A DNA stretch of 64,000 bases, taken from the NCBI GenBank assembly GCA_010909165.1, contig MU008155.1:496001-560000 (forward strand), given 5' to 3'. The DNA comes from Anthoceros angustus. Taxonomy: Eukaryota; Plantae; Anthocerotophyta. This document shows, piece by piece, positions 49,097 through 60,259 of the stretch (position 1 is its first letter; each line of letters begins with the position of its first letter). A program made the position numbers and the translations under genes. The notes under the pieces were generated by a model. It saw nothing but the letters and a program-made list of their open reading frames with translations. It was not told the DNA's origin and searched no databases.

Positions 49097-52000
49097 CTGT
49101 ACAAACAAACATCATGAGCTAACCACGTGGAAGTAGCAACGTCGCTAAATTGTTGAATCGTAAGAATGCCAACTTCTCCTGTTGAGGCAGCAAACTTGAA
49201 AGCAAAGCAAAACGCTATGTGCTCTTACCTCCTCTGCAAAAAGTTCTTCAAGAACCCTATTGATCTGCTTGTCCTCAGACACCATAGCTAATGCCATACT
49301 CACAAGCTCATTCGACAGTACATAATCACTGATCTTCGACACAGAAACAAGGTTCTTTGTTCGAGAATCCAGGATTTCACTTATGATAATTGAGCTGTCA
49401 GATGCCTGCTGCATTTCATTGATCCAAGAGCTCTGCATGATACCAGATTCTGCTTGACGAGACACCTGGCTGGCTTTGCCCCTGTACGGCATTCGCTTTG
49501 ACTGTAGGAAGCAATCAAACACAGAAGGGCTGTGTTAACGTACACTTGCAGCAATATCCACAATATACAGATAGGCAGAATGGGTGTCAGCATAAGACTT
49601 CAATCGGATCTGTAGTGTGCTGGTCTATCACCTGAATGTCTCGAATGAGAAGAAGAGTAGCTAGAGAACGTGAATCAGCATTCACAACTGTATCCTCTAG
49701 AGCCTCGTCCGCTAGAATCAATATCTGCAAACATATTCATCTAAAACTTCAAGAGCTTGGGATAATACATGATGAATCACTCAGGAAAGACTGTGTACAC
49801 TATCGTGACTAACCGCACAGACATCTTACAGAGTCAAAGGTCTCAAGCGGGAGACTCTCAAGATGCCGCCGTATTACAGCATTCCCCTCGCGGTGAACTA
49901 GCACTGTGTTGACCAGCTGCTCGGAATTAAGGCCGCCATCTTGAAGTTTCCTTTCTCTGTCTGCTAAGGGAACCTCGCTGAAGAGCCATAATTCTGAACC
50001 ACTGGCTAAAAATGCCTCCAGAACCTGTTTACATGGTTCGGATAATCATTAGAAAGTACAGTACTGTGAGAAGACAAGTGACTAGAGCGTCCAAGCTACA
50101 TCCACCACTTGCATCCGAGACCCCCGACCATAACTGGGGACAGAAGGCCAGGACAGGAGGTAAGTAAGGATGCTGTTCGAAGTAGTGTTCCAATATGGAG
50201 CCAACAGCAGCCCATTGACGTTATCCCCAGACTGATACTTGAATATCCGAAAGTGCTGCGAGTCGCACTATGGCCCAGGTGCCTTACCGTTATCATATCA
50301 TCAATATCCCGACGCCAACCGCAAAAGAGAATCCTCTCTGGAAGCTTTGGAGCACTTACAATTTGGGGCAAGGGCCCTCTCCGCACCTGCAGCAGCGGTG
50401 GTTTGGAATGAGCAAAGCAAGGTAGAGGATCCTGGAAATATCAGTGCTTACCACTATCATATCATCAATATCTCGCCGCCATCCACAAAGCAGGATCTTC
50501 TGTGGCCGTCTTTTTCGCTTGACGGCCCCTGGTGGAAGGGCTTGCATCATCACCTGGAGCACCAAACCCATCTCTATGAGCACCTCCCATGGGTTCTCCA
50601 GTTCAGCTGATCTGAAAGGAGAGTTGCCACAAGAGTGGTGCTGCTCGTATTCCACTTTTAAGCGAATCGATCATATACCAAGCATATGCTGCCCACCATC
50701 ATATGCAACCACATGCTTAAGAGCTCCTGGATCTGGGGTGCAGTTCATTCAACTGAAATATCTGTTTCTCAGCTACAGCATTTGTAGCGAAAGCCAAACC
50801 AACCCTGATGGATCCTCCAATTCAACACTCTTTCTCAACCTCCTCCCCTCCCCGTCCCACACTAAAGCCTTCTAGGACATAATAAAACCCACTGCTGTTT
50901 TTTATGCACAAAGCTAGTGTAATGAATTCCACTTCCACTCAAAGGTGGATTTTGAAGAAATTACCTCAGGCAGAGGTCCAGGCGCATATGTGTCATCATC
51001 TTCAGCCACCACAAGTAATTCATCCCCTTCTGAAAGGACATAGTCGTCCTCTGGATTCAAAACTATTTGTCCACCTCTGGAAGACACTTTCACCCCACAG
51101 GGTATGGCATCTGGAAAGCTGATCAGCACATCTTCAAACTTCATGCCATCGAGCTGGGGCCACCTTTTGATGTAGAACTCAGCATTATCAAATCCAAGAA
51201 TGTCCTCCCAGATCTGCGAACAAAAAAACTTGAGGGTTGGCCGCATCTCATGTGGAAGGTGCATGCAGATTCAACAACTGAGACTACCAGAAATAACATG
51301 GAGCCAATAAACCTGCGCAAGGCCTGGTTGTCGGGCACACTGTATCATTAGACGGCCGATCACATCATGGGCAACTACAGTTTCAACAAGGTCTCCCCCT
51401 ACGAGTTTGACGAGCTGTTCATTGTCAAGATCACTCAACTCCACAACTATGTGTCCTCTCAAGCCTTCCTTCACGCCTGTTAAGTTCAAAACCACCCTCA
51501 GTGCACGAGCGTCACTCTGCAATCATGAGCAGGAAGCTACGGAATTATTAGTGAACGTGTAGTGTTCCTTCAGGGAAATCTTAGTCTGAAAGTCGCCAGA
51601 CTGCTGGTCATCTTGAGACTATGGATGACACACAACATAGGGAAGGGAAGAGAAACTGCATCGTACCTGGTCGGCATTCTCAACTTCAGCTAGGACAATT
51701 ATTGACCTAGCTTTAGAGACAGATACCTGCTTAGTAACAAGGACACAAAGATATTAAGCACTGTAGGGTTGTCGCCAACCTAGTTTTGGACAACCTGGTC
51801 AACAGCCCAAGAGGCACAAATAAATGAGCTAAGATGCTGTCAGATGTACGCTAGCCAACCCTTCCTAGTCCAGGGCATCATCATGAAACAAAGAGGCGCT
51901 TCTTGGAAAGCCCTGGAACATTAAACACAAACCTTCTTCAAATCTGCCATAATAAGCGGACTACCACTTCGGCAAATAACACTGGTTCCCATGAAGTCAA

Positions 52001-54238
52001 ACTCCAGCCTCGCAATGTCTATCTCCATCTCCTCCTTGTCTCGCTCAGCCAGCACAACCACTACACCTCCCCCTAGGCTCTGATTTGCTATGGCTAACTG
52101 CTTCAAAAGTGATCCCTGGATTTCAGTCAAAGTTGTGAGAAGCAGCGACAGGAGCTTTCAGTTACATTCCAGATTAAAACACGCATCTGACCGCAATACA
52201 TTAGCAGGATAAACGAACAGTGTGACGAACTGTGTAAGAAAATGCCTCACCAGTTTATCACTCCAGCCCAGAATCAAAGTATGGTTGCTTTCGATAACCT
52301 CACTCTTTCCTTTCCTTAGTGAGTCGACCTTCTCAGAAATAGCATCGGACACGAGCCCCACCATCAGTGCAAAGATAAGCATGCCCCCAAAACTTATGCA
52401 CACAGACACCACTCTAGGACCCAACCCAACACTGTCTGCATGATTTCCCGCATCAGCTACATAGGTCCATGCAAGCCATAACGTGTCCCACAAGCTCTCG
52501 CTGCTCACGCTGAAGAGAGCGACCCCGCCAACTCCTATTAGCAAAATAGTAGCCAGCAATAGAGCAAGTGGCTTCACAAAAGAGTGAGTAGAGAAGAGGA
52601 CATCCACCCGGTAAGCCAGCTGCTTACTAAGAGGTAATTCCTCTTCTGCAGTCCTATCTGGAGATCCCATCAACCTGGGAAAGTCATCAACGTATTTGAA
52701 GAACAAAAAGGGAGCCAAAAGCACCAATGAAGAGATGACAAGGGCAAATCGCCGAGCCCCAACTGACTCTTGTTCACTTCCATCCATGTCAAGCAAGCCC
52801 TGATCGCCGTGGGTTGGAGTGAGGCATGGAGTGCAAGAACTAACTCTGCTTTGTAGGCGCAGAAGTTCACCCTGAGGAGGCAACACACGTTAAATTTGGC
52901 AGCTACTGAGGCGACAAGGAAAGGCAATATGAAGAAGGTAGTGCTTTGTGCGTACCCTCAGATGTTGGGCCTCTGAGTGCATCGCTACAGCATACATCAT
53001 CGACAACACACATGCAGTCAGAATCTGCACATGTGCAACAGAGACATGAGGGCGATGAGATTAAACGACCACAACGGCAAAAAATTCAAACTTTGAGACA
53101 ATGCACGGAAGCCATGACTAAGAAAACCCAAGCATACCAGCAGAAAATGAACAGAAGAATAAATTGGTCCTCCTAAGGCTCTGAAAGGCCACTGAATAAC
53201 TGAACGCAGATAAGATAACTGCTGGTGAGCTGCAACAGAGGTGCTTGGTGCTGGCCTGGACCCCCCTCCTGATGCCTGCCGTTTAGCTACATCATTGGCA
53301 TAAGATTCCAGGAGTCTTCGCCCCTCAAAGGCTTCCTCGGGGAGGTCCAACAAGCCAACACCAGCATTGACCCTTCTCCTTCTGAGACCAGCTGGGACAG
53401 CATCCTGACTGTTGGAATCCTCCTCCTTGTTCAGGGCCTTGAAGGGAGCACCCGAAGCTCCTCGTAACCCGGGAAAAGTTTCCCAAGTGCTGGTCCCGGT
53501 GCCAGTGCCAGTGCTGGCAGACACTCCATTGGCTTGCAAAGGTGGTTGGGGTTGGGAGTTCGGTGCAGCCTGCGAGCCTGCAGCATCCGCTTCCATCCTA
53601 GGAGCCTTGTTAGGGCGTACCAGCAAGTGCTCATTTCTGTCGCTGTCCGCCCGGGGCCGAGGCTTCCAAGCATTCTTCCGCAACAGACCTCCATCCCGGG
53701 AGAGCAGGGAGGCTGTGGCGCCCTCCTTGCCGCCCTTCCCCTTGTCGAATTTATCAAATCTAACTCGGAGGAGATCCTCAGAGAACTCCTTGGCTGTCCT
53801 CCTTTCCTTAGGAGAAAGTGGGCTGCTTCCATAGCTTCCAAAAACGAACCCATCAGGCGCAGCAGCCGCTTCCACCTGACCCCTGCTCAGATCTCTGCTC
53901 GCCGAGTCTCCGTTCACCGATCCTGCATTGTCCGCAGCCCCTAGCGCGGCACGAGCTTCTCTGACAGGCTCCTTCTGCGCTCCAATGGACTTGGGCGAGC
54001 TGTTCAAGCGCCTCACCGTCGGCAGCAGGGGCCCAGGAAACACGGCGGTGACGCCGTCTTGGACCTCGCCCGACGGGATGGAGCGGGACCTGGTGAGGCG
54101 CTTAGTCTCGGATCCTGCCCCTCGGTCCGGCGATCCAATCATAGAATTGACGAGGGAGGAGATGGGATCCTGCGCTCCCTTGGGATCATGCACTCCTTTC
54201 TCTGGAAGCTGGTCATCTAGGCCGCTCCTTTTCAGCAT
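48878..54238 (-). CDS. DMI1: CASTOR/POLLUX/DMI1 nuclear-envelope cation channel with RCK domains, 12 exons, ~1121 aa by exon arithmetic
   Basis: Exons, all GT-AG and phase 0: 54238-53138, 53024-52956, 52871-52251, 52115-51933, 51726-51667, 51516-51313, 51213-50965, [50553-50452 or 50386-50288], 50024-49830, 49724-49632, 49501-49229, 49096-48878. Motifs: VADAGNHAD, GLVSDAISEKVDSLRKGKSEVIE, GTSVICRSGSPL, HDVIGRLMIQCARQPGLAQ, CGWRRDIDDM, SDYVLSNELVSMALAMV. CASTOR versus POLLUX orthology cannot be assigned here. Confidence 0.96.
49229..49501 (-). CDS. DMI1: Exon 11
   Basis: SKRMPY...INRVLEELFAEE. Confidence 0.95.
49632..49724 (-). CDS. DMI1: Exon 10
   Basis: ILILADE...DSRSLATLLLIRDIQ. Confidence 0.95.
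49830..50024 (-). CDS. DMI1: Exon 9
   Basis: VLEAFLASGSELWLF...LPLETFDS. Confidence 0.95.
50288..50386 (-). CDS. DMI1: Exon 8b (canonical-like): VRRGPLPQIVSAPKLPERILFCGWRRDIDDMIT
   Basis: CTGCAG acceptor, GTAAGG donor, 99 bp, phase 0. Confidence 0.9.
50452..50553 (-). CDS. DMI1: Exon 8a (variant duplicate): VMMQALPPGAVKRKRRPQKILLCGWRRDIDDMIV
   Basis: CTCCAG acceptor, GTAAGC donor, 102 bp, phase 0. Confidence 0.8.
50965..51213 (-). CDS. DMI1: Exon 7
   Basis: IWEDILGFDNAEFYIKRWP...YAPGPLPE. Confidence 0.95.
51313..51516 (-). CDS. DMI1: Exon 6
   Basis: SDARALRVVL...QPGLAQ. Confidence 0.95.
51667..51726 (-). CDS. DMI1: Exon 5
   Basis: VSVSKARSIIVLAEVENADQ. Confidence 0.95.
51933..52115 (-). 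CDS. DMI1: Exon 4
   Basis: GSLLKQLAIAN...ADLKK. Confidence 0.95.
52251..52871 (-). CDS. DMI1: Exon 3 (TM segments, pore and filter ADAGNHA, start of RCK1)
   Basis: LAYRVDVLFS...WTYVADAGNHAD...GWSDKL. Confidence 0.95.
52956..53024 (-). CDS. DMI1: Exon 2 (ILTACVLSMMYAVAMHSEAQHLR)
   Basis: GTGCAG acceptor, GTACGC donor, in frame. Confidence 0.8.
53138..54238 (-). CDS. DMI1: DMI1-family exon 1 (long low-complexity N-terminus to the start of TM1)
   Basis: ATG at 54238, 367 codons, donor GTATGC. Confidence 0.8.
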
Positions 54239-55918
54239 CCTGTGCACAGCTCAAATCCCCGGCAGCTGCAGGCACCAGCGGCGTCACCAAATCCGAATCC
54301 GGGCTCCGCAGCCTGGGAATTGCAACACAGTGTGGCATGCCTGGCGCTGGCAGGCCCGAGGTGAGTGTCAGGGTCAGCTGGCGGGGCTTCTTCATGTGCA
54401 TAACAAACAAGGAGCTGTTGCGGCAGAAGCAGCCCACCATGGCCACTCCAAATGCGCGACCATAGCATGCATGGGTCCCAGCCACAGAGCCACCCCGTGG
54501 TGCTCTGCGCACAACAGCGCAGCAAAGCCAGACATCAGCAGCTGTACCTGCACCTGTTGCCTTAATACACTATAGTCTGGGTGCGCTGCCATCAACCGGG
54601 GCCACGGGTCGCTTGGCTTTTCAGAGGTCGCCGAATATCAACCACTCTGGTTGGAAGCCGCCACCGGAACATGTACCCCCATTTGCTGGATGGCCACAGT
54701 GGCGTGTACATACTTATGTTCCGCAGCGGATCTGCCACCTTCCTACGCATCGTCTGTGCTAGGCAGAGATACGGGATCACAAGCTTCAAATGCTGCCGTT
54801 GGGACAGACGAGGCAAAGACTCCCAGCATGTGCAAACTTTGTCGTTTGCTGCCGTATCTCGAAAACATTTTGCGGCTCGCGGCATTCATCAACATCCGAT
54901 TCCCTCGGGCCTTGCTTTGTCAGTTCCCAAGGTTCTCTTTGCTTTCCTGTGAGGTGCTGTGACCAAAGCTCTTCCCATTCCACAGACTCCTTTCCTTTCT
55001 TTGTGCTTCCTTCTATTCTCCGGCATGGTTCAAACATTGACAGGGAGGACATACCTGGGGCAATTGTCTTGCCCTGACGGACCATACGCAGCATGGACAG
55101 TAGTGTGATGATCACTCTACGGGCTTCCTTACGTTTTGAGAAGGGCAAGGGCAAATTCGCCATCGGATCATGCCACCTAGTCCCGCAAATATGAGGGCCT
55201 TGTTGAACTAGGCATGATGGCTCCGATGGTCCGGATGACAGATTCTTCAAATGCCGGGATGAAAGCCCCAGACATCAATTCCACGTTGCGCGCTACTTGC
55301 GCTTCAAAGCATGGCAACTTCTAGAAGGGAGAGCACTTGCGAGACGAGGCTTCTGGCGGAAGGCAAGAGGGAGTTGGCGTTAATGAACGCATCATTGACA
55401 TCATCCTCAGTTAACTCAGTTTACTCTGTTGTCTCATTTTATTCTTTCTTTATTCTTTTTATCTTATTTTCTTCTTTCCTTATTCCTTTTGTCCATAACG
55501 TCTTCCCGCCCGTTCCGTCGTCCCGTTCTGGGCCTAAGGTCAACTATGGTCTCGCCATTCGACCATCAGTGCAAATGGGTTGCAATTGCAGCTACATACA
55601 TGGTCCACTCTGGGCACGAGACAACTTGTTACCACCATCTTTAATTTCATCTGCACCTAATATCTCGAGAGTTTAGGAAAAAAAATGATAGTATAATCTA
55701 ACAGAAAAACACCACGTTCGCATCTCTCACAATGATTTCCAATAAAATTTATATCATAGTCCAGACCTTCTCCCTGGAATGTTCCGACGATAAAGAAGTC
55801 GAAAGGCCAAACAATAGAGTGCGAAGACTAAGCACTGCACAACTCGCAACCCGTAACCCACAACCTGCAAACGATATGTGATTAGGTATAGGTATGTATT
55901 GATTTTCAGACTCGCGGT

Positions 55919-56042
55919 TGCTGTGACGTATAATATAGTTTAGTTTGTCCAATTGCTTATCCACCTAGGCTCAACGGGCATGCTGTGACGTATAATATAG
56001 TTTAGTTTGTCCAATTGCTTATCCACCTAGGCTCAACGGGCA
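55919..56042 (+). repeat. 62-bp direct tandem duplication
   Basis: TGCTGTGACGTATAATATAG...CTCAACGGGCA occurs twice. Confidence 0.9.
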
Positions 56043-59000
56043 GTTTGCAGTTCCAATTAGTTTTGCCAAGTGGGGTTCATCTAGTGAACTATCACCCCGA
56101 ACTAGAAACCTAAAGAGTGCTGAACCAAACTGAACCACATACTTTTTATTTCCTATCACCCATCCCCTAAAGCACTCATAAATCGATTTGTTAAAATAAC
56201 AAATCACCCTCAAGTAATGATATCGTTAAATAATGATAAATGATAGTTCAGTTCGAGGTTTACAATCATAAATTAAAAATGTTGTCATTTCACCTGAGTT
56301 CGGTCTCAACTATGTAGAAGAACGTATGATTCAATTGTGTTCATAGTTCGATTTTGAACTGAACCATGCATGCCACCTCAACCAACTACGTGCAACGTAT
56401 AATTGTGTTCGTGCCATAGCTGGTGGAGTTTAGTAGTGTCCTTAAAAGTGTAACATTATCTTACATATTAGTCATCAGCTGCTAGTCATGACCCTAAATT
56501 AGAACCCAAATTGGACCGAGGTCGAGAAGGGGCCTGTAGGATGCATAGTGTGGGAGACAATAATTTGAGACAACAACCTAATCATCACTCAGAAAAAGGA
56601 GGGCACCACACCTGGACGATATTGCCAACACCAGGATGACGTGTAAGGAAGAAAATCAGGAGATGACAACTAGCTGGGCGTAAAACATTTTTGCACAAAA
56701 AAAATGGCGGTTAGTTGTCAAAGTCGTGCAGAGGAGACAGCTTGTGTTACACACTATTGTGTATCTCTTTTAAAATGCAACTCATTGTAAGCTCGAATAT
56801 CATAGGATCTATCTTTGTATGTATATGTGCGCCAACACCGGCATGACTTACCTAGCTCACGGTTCCCCACCACACATAAGCTTATTTGCCATGAATCGGA
56901 AGTGGCCGCAACACACGTAAGCGACACATGTCGTAGGAGTTTACCATTTTTTTCTTCTAGCTGCTTAACACATGGAACTTGATTTCTGCAACTGAAAGTT
57001 GTCAGGACTGACGAAGAATGTGCTAAATGGTGTCAGGAGTAGGAGTCTAACTTCTAATTAGCATGACGTTTGTTTACTAAGACCGGTGGCATGATGTCCA
57101 CCGCGCATGTTGTAACAGCGTTGTAAAACTTAATGTAAATGATCCTCTCTTCTCATAAATGGTGGACTTGTAGAAGGATCTACTTCCCTGCTTGAGGTTC
57201 ACGATTTGGTCACTTATATGTACAGGTTTGCAACACAAAGGTGAAAAAGCAACTTAGTACTGCATGTTTGCTCCAAAACTATGTGCCACGTGATAAGATT
57301 ATCTACATTCATTGTACATCTCTTCGTTGAATTTTGTATTCAAAACTAGGAAGCGCAAGCCTAAAAGGAAGATTATTTCCTGGTTCCCATAGTCAAAGGA
57401 AATGGAATAATTGGCTCCATTTTAGGTGAAGGGACCATTAAATCTATGACTTTTAAAATACCTCATACCTAATAAAGACTGAAAACCTGAATAAATAATG
57501 ATGATATTTTGAAAGAGCCGTTTTTTAAGGCGGAAGAAAGTAGAGCTATATTCATGGTTGGTGTCCTTCATAACTAAATCAGAGGAACTTGACTTGACGC
57601 TGCAAACGTCTAAAGTGTTAATGGATGTCCTTATTATGAGCGCTGTATATTTTGCGTACAATTGCGAGCAATCAAATGCTATGATCCAAGCTAACCTGCA
57701 CAACCAAGCTCTTGGCGTAAAAAACTTATACATCAACAAAAAGTTGAATATCGTACGCCCTTCACGCCAAAACCAAGTCTTTCTTGCTCGGCACCAAAAT
57801 CATGTTCCTTATCCTATAGGTTATGGAACCTATGTCCCTCACTCGTAAGTTATCCAATTGTAGAGAACTTAACCACATTGTTATTTAATAGGTATTTGCA
57901 ATCACAGCATAGGCTCATTTTGGCTGCAAATATGACGAGAGGGCAATGAAAATATTTTTTGATGATGCAAAATTAAAATATGGGTTCGCCAGATACGGGC
58001 ATGCTGTTCCTGGGAGACACTACTGGTCACTACACATTTATTGCGACCAAGTGACCCGTTGAAATGCTTACATGCATTTGAGTAAGCAAATCAATACCAA
58101 AAAAAAATGTTCACACCCAGAGGTTAAACCAGTGGCAAGGAATTCAGATTGTGCTTACTTGCTTTTATACATACATAGAACGGGGACCAATGTAGGGATA
58201 AATGATGAGTTCTTACCATAGATTTCAACAAAATCAATGAAATCAATTATAGAGAGAGGCCAAATTCTCATTCTAGCATGACCTCTCATTGAGATATGGA
58301 GAAAGAGGAAAGAGAAGGACATAAGTTGCCCAAATTATTTTACCAAAGTGATATAAAGGTATGGCCTTTTTTGTGAGCAACGGCCAGTAGCAGCAAACAA
58401 GACTATGGACTCCCCCCGTTTACGCAGTGACCAATTTGATTATGAAAAGATACAAATAAACGTCATATTTGTAGATGTTTCTAGAAACAGCAAAGACTCA
58501 ATGCCAAAATCTCTATTGAAATCATGGAACTCGAACGTCAAAATTGACACTCCACACTAGTACTGAAGGACGAACTGATTCACTTTGAATCGTTTTGGGT
58601 GCATTCTGCGCTATTCAGATTTCTTTGTAACAGTTGAAGAGTTGGGACATTTGAACAAAGATGTCGGGTACTCTGAGGAACATGCAAATGTTTTAAACAA
58701 AAAATGTCAATACCATCTTCATGGCTTATGATGAGCAATAAGCTTAGATTCCTCAAAGATTCCTTGAAATTAGGCGAGTCCACATGCCAAACCAAGTTTA
58801 TCATGGATTTTCGCAATGAAAATTTTGACCAACACGTTCCAGGCCTCAGATCATGCTGATTTAGGGTGTCCATGATAGTGACATGGAGCCTTGATAAAGT
58901 TTGCTTTATGAACTTTGCTCTTGTTCTTCGAAGAGGCGGGAAGATGCTCGTATGCATCGCCGTGGCCATCGAGGCTCCTCGCAATCGAGTCAAAATTACT

Positions 59001-59299
59001 AGGTTAGGCATCAAAGCCCCTCTTTTGTTTTCTAACTGAAGAGGGGGTGGAACTGACCATGCTCGTAATTGTGCAGGAGAAAATAGGGCAACCCGATTTT
59101 CATTTATTTGGGGTTGGTAAAATACTATTCACCCGAATAGATCGAAAAAAGGGCCTCCTCCTTCTTGGGTCAAAAGGCTAGATGCTTCTATTATTAAAGC
59201 AGTGCGTTTATGAAACGGGCAAACTTACTAGTACTAGTGAACTAATATTTCATAATTCGATATTTGTTATTTCATTCTAATGCCTCGACCATATAAGTT

Positions 59300-60000
59300 T
59301 GGTAAGGCATGAGCGTTCCACAAATGTTGCATCAATAGGCCATGTACCTACCCCTTTTGGGGTTGCTTGAAAGTAGACCTCGCCGAGCTTGTTCATTATA
59401 AGACCCCAATTCTTGGTCATGTGTTGCTATCAAATGTGGGTTTAGTTCATTGTCATTGCTAGTTTGTATGTTATGTAAAATTATATATTGACGTACAAAG
59501 ACTCAATGAAATATTTAATAAAGCTGTGAATAGCATCAATAATACCAATAAGGTCCTTGTGAGTCGCATCAACAACACCAATTGAGTCCTTACTTCCGTT
59601 GAAATCTTGTCTTAACCATCTACCTGCTCATTCCAGAAGGCCATTGTATATAATGTAACTCTCGTTGAATAATTACTACGTTAACTCTATGAAAAACTTC
59701 ACAAGCTGTCCAATTGTTCTTTGCTAGAACAATATGAATTTCTTGTAGCATTATTGTGTAGGGCAATAGCAACTTGTTTATCTACATCCAAAACTATATC
59801 ATGAATTCATGAAAAACCTGGTACTAGTTTAGCCTGTAAGTCCTCGTACATCATATCATACAAGTAGTTGAATGTCGTTCATCATAAACCATGTGAACCT
59901 TCTTTGGCCTGCAAGTCCTCATGCACCATGTCACACAAGTAGTTGAATGTTGTTCATCATAAACCATGTGAACCTTCTTTCATCATCTTCCAAAACTTAT
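59300..60000 (-). pseudogene. Possible PIF/Harbinger transposase remnant
   Basis: NGSKDSIGVVDATH (~59558-59600) resembles the F.dCIGAIDGTH motif; CEVFHRV upstream; many stops. Confidence 0.3.
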
Positions 60001-60259
60001 GTCTGCAGTGCTACCAAAAGATATGCTGTCTAAGATATTAATTTATCTACTCATAAAATATTATTTAAAATAAACAAAAGACCATAATCGAATCGCCATG
60101 CAGAACCTACCTTCACTCCCGCTTTGCTTCGACCACATGAAGTTCAATTGCAGAGGACATTGCTTTGGCGGCTGCCACTGGCTCTTTCTGGACAGCTTGT
60201 GTCAGGTAATTCAACACACATCTCTAGCTAGGTGGGGAGTTTGAAGAGCAGACGAAGAA

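Noticed and set aside
54300-55700. ORFs upstream of the channel gene (e.g. 54786-55250 minus, 55311-55676 plus)
   Set aside because: No recognisable domain; more likely 5' UTR, intron or promoter.
57422-59014. ORFs 57422-57739, 57558-57848 and 58580-59014
   Set aside because: Short, no motif I can name with confidence, possibly old TE debris.
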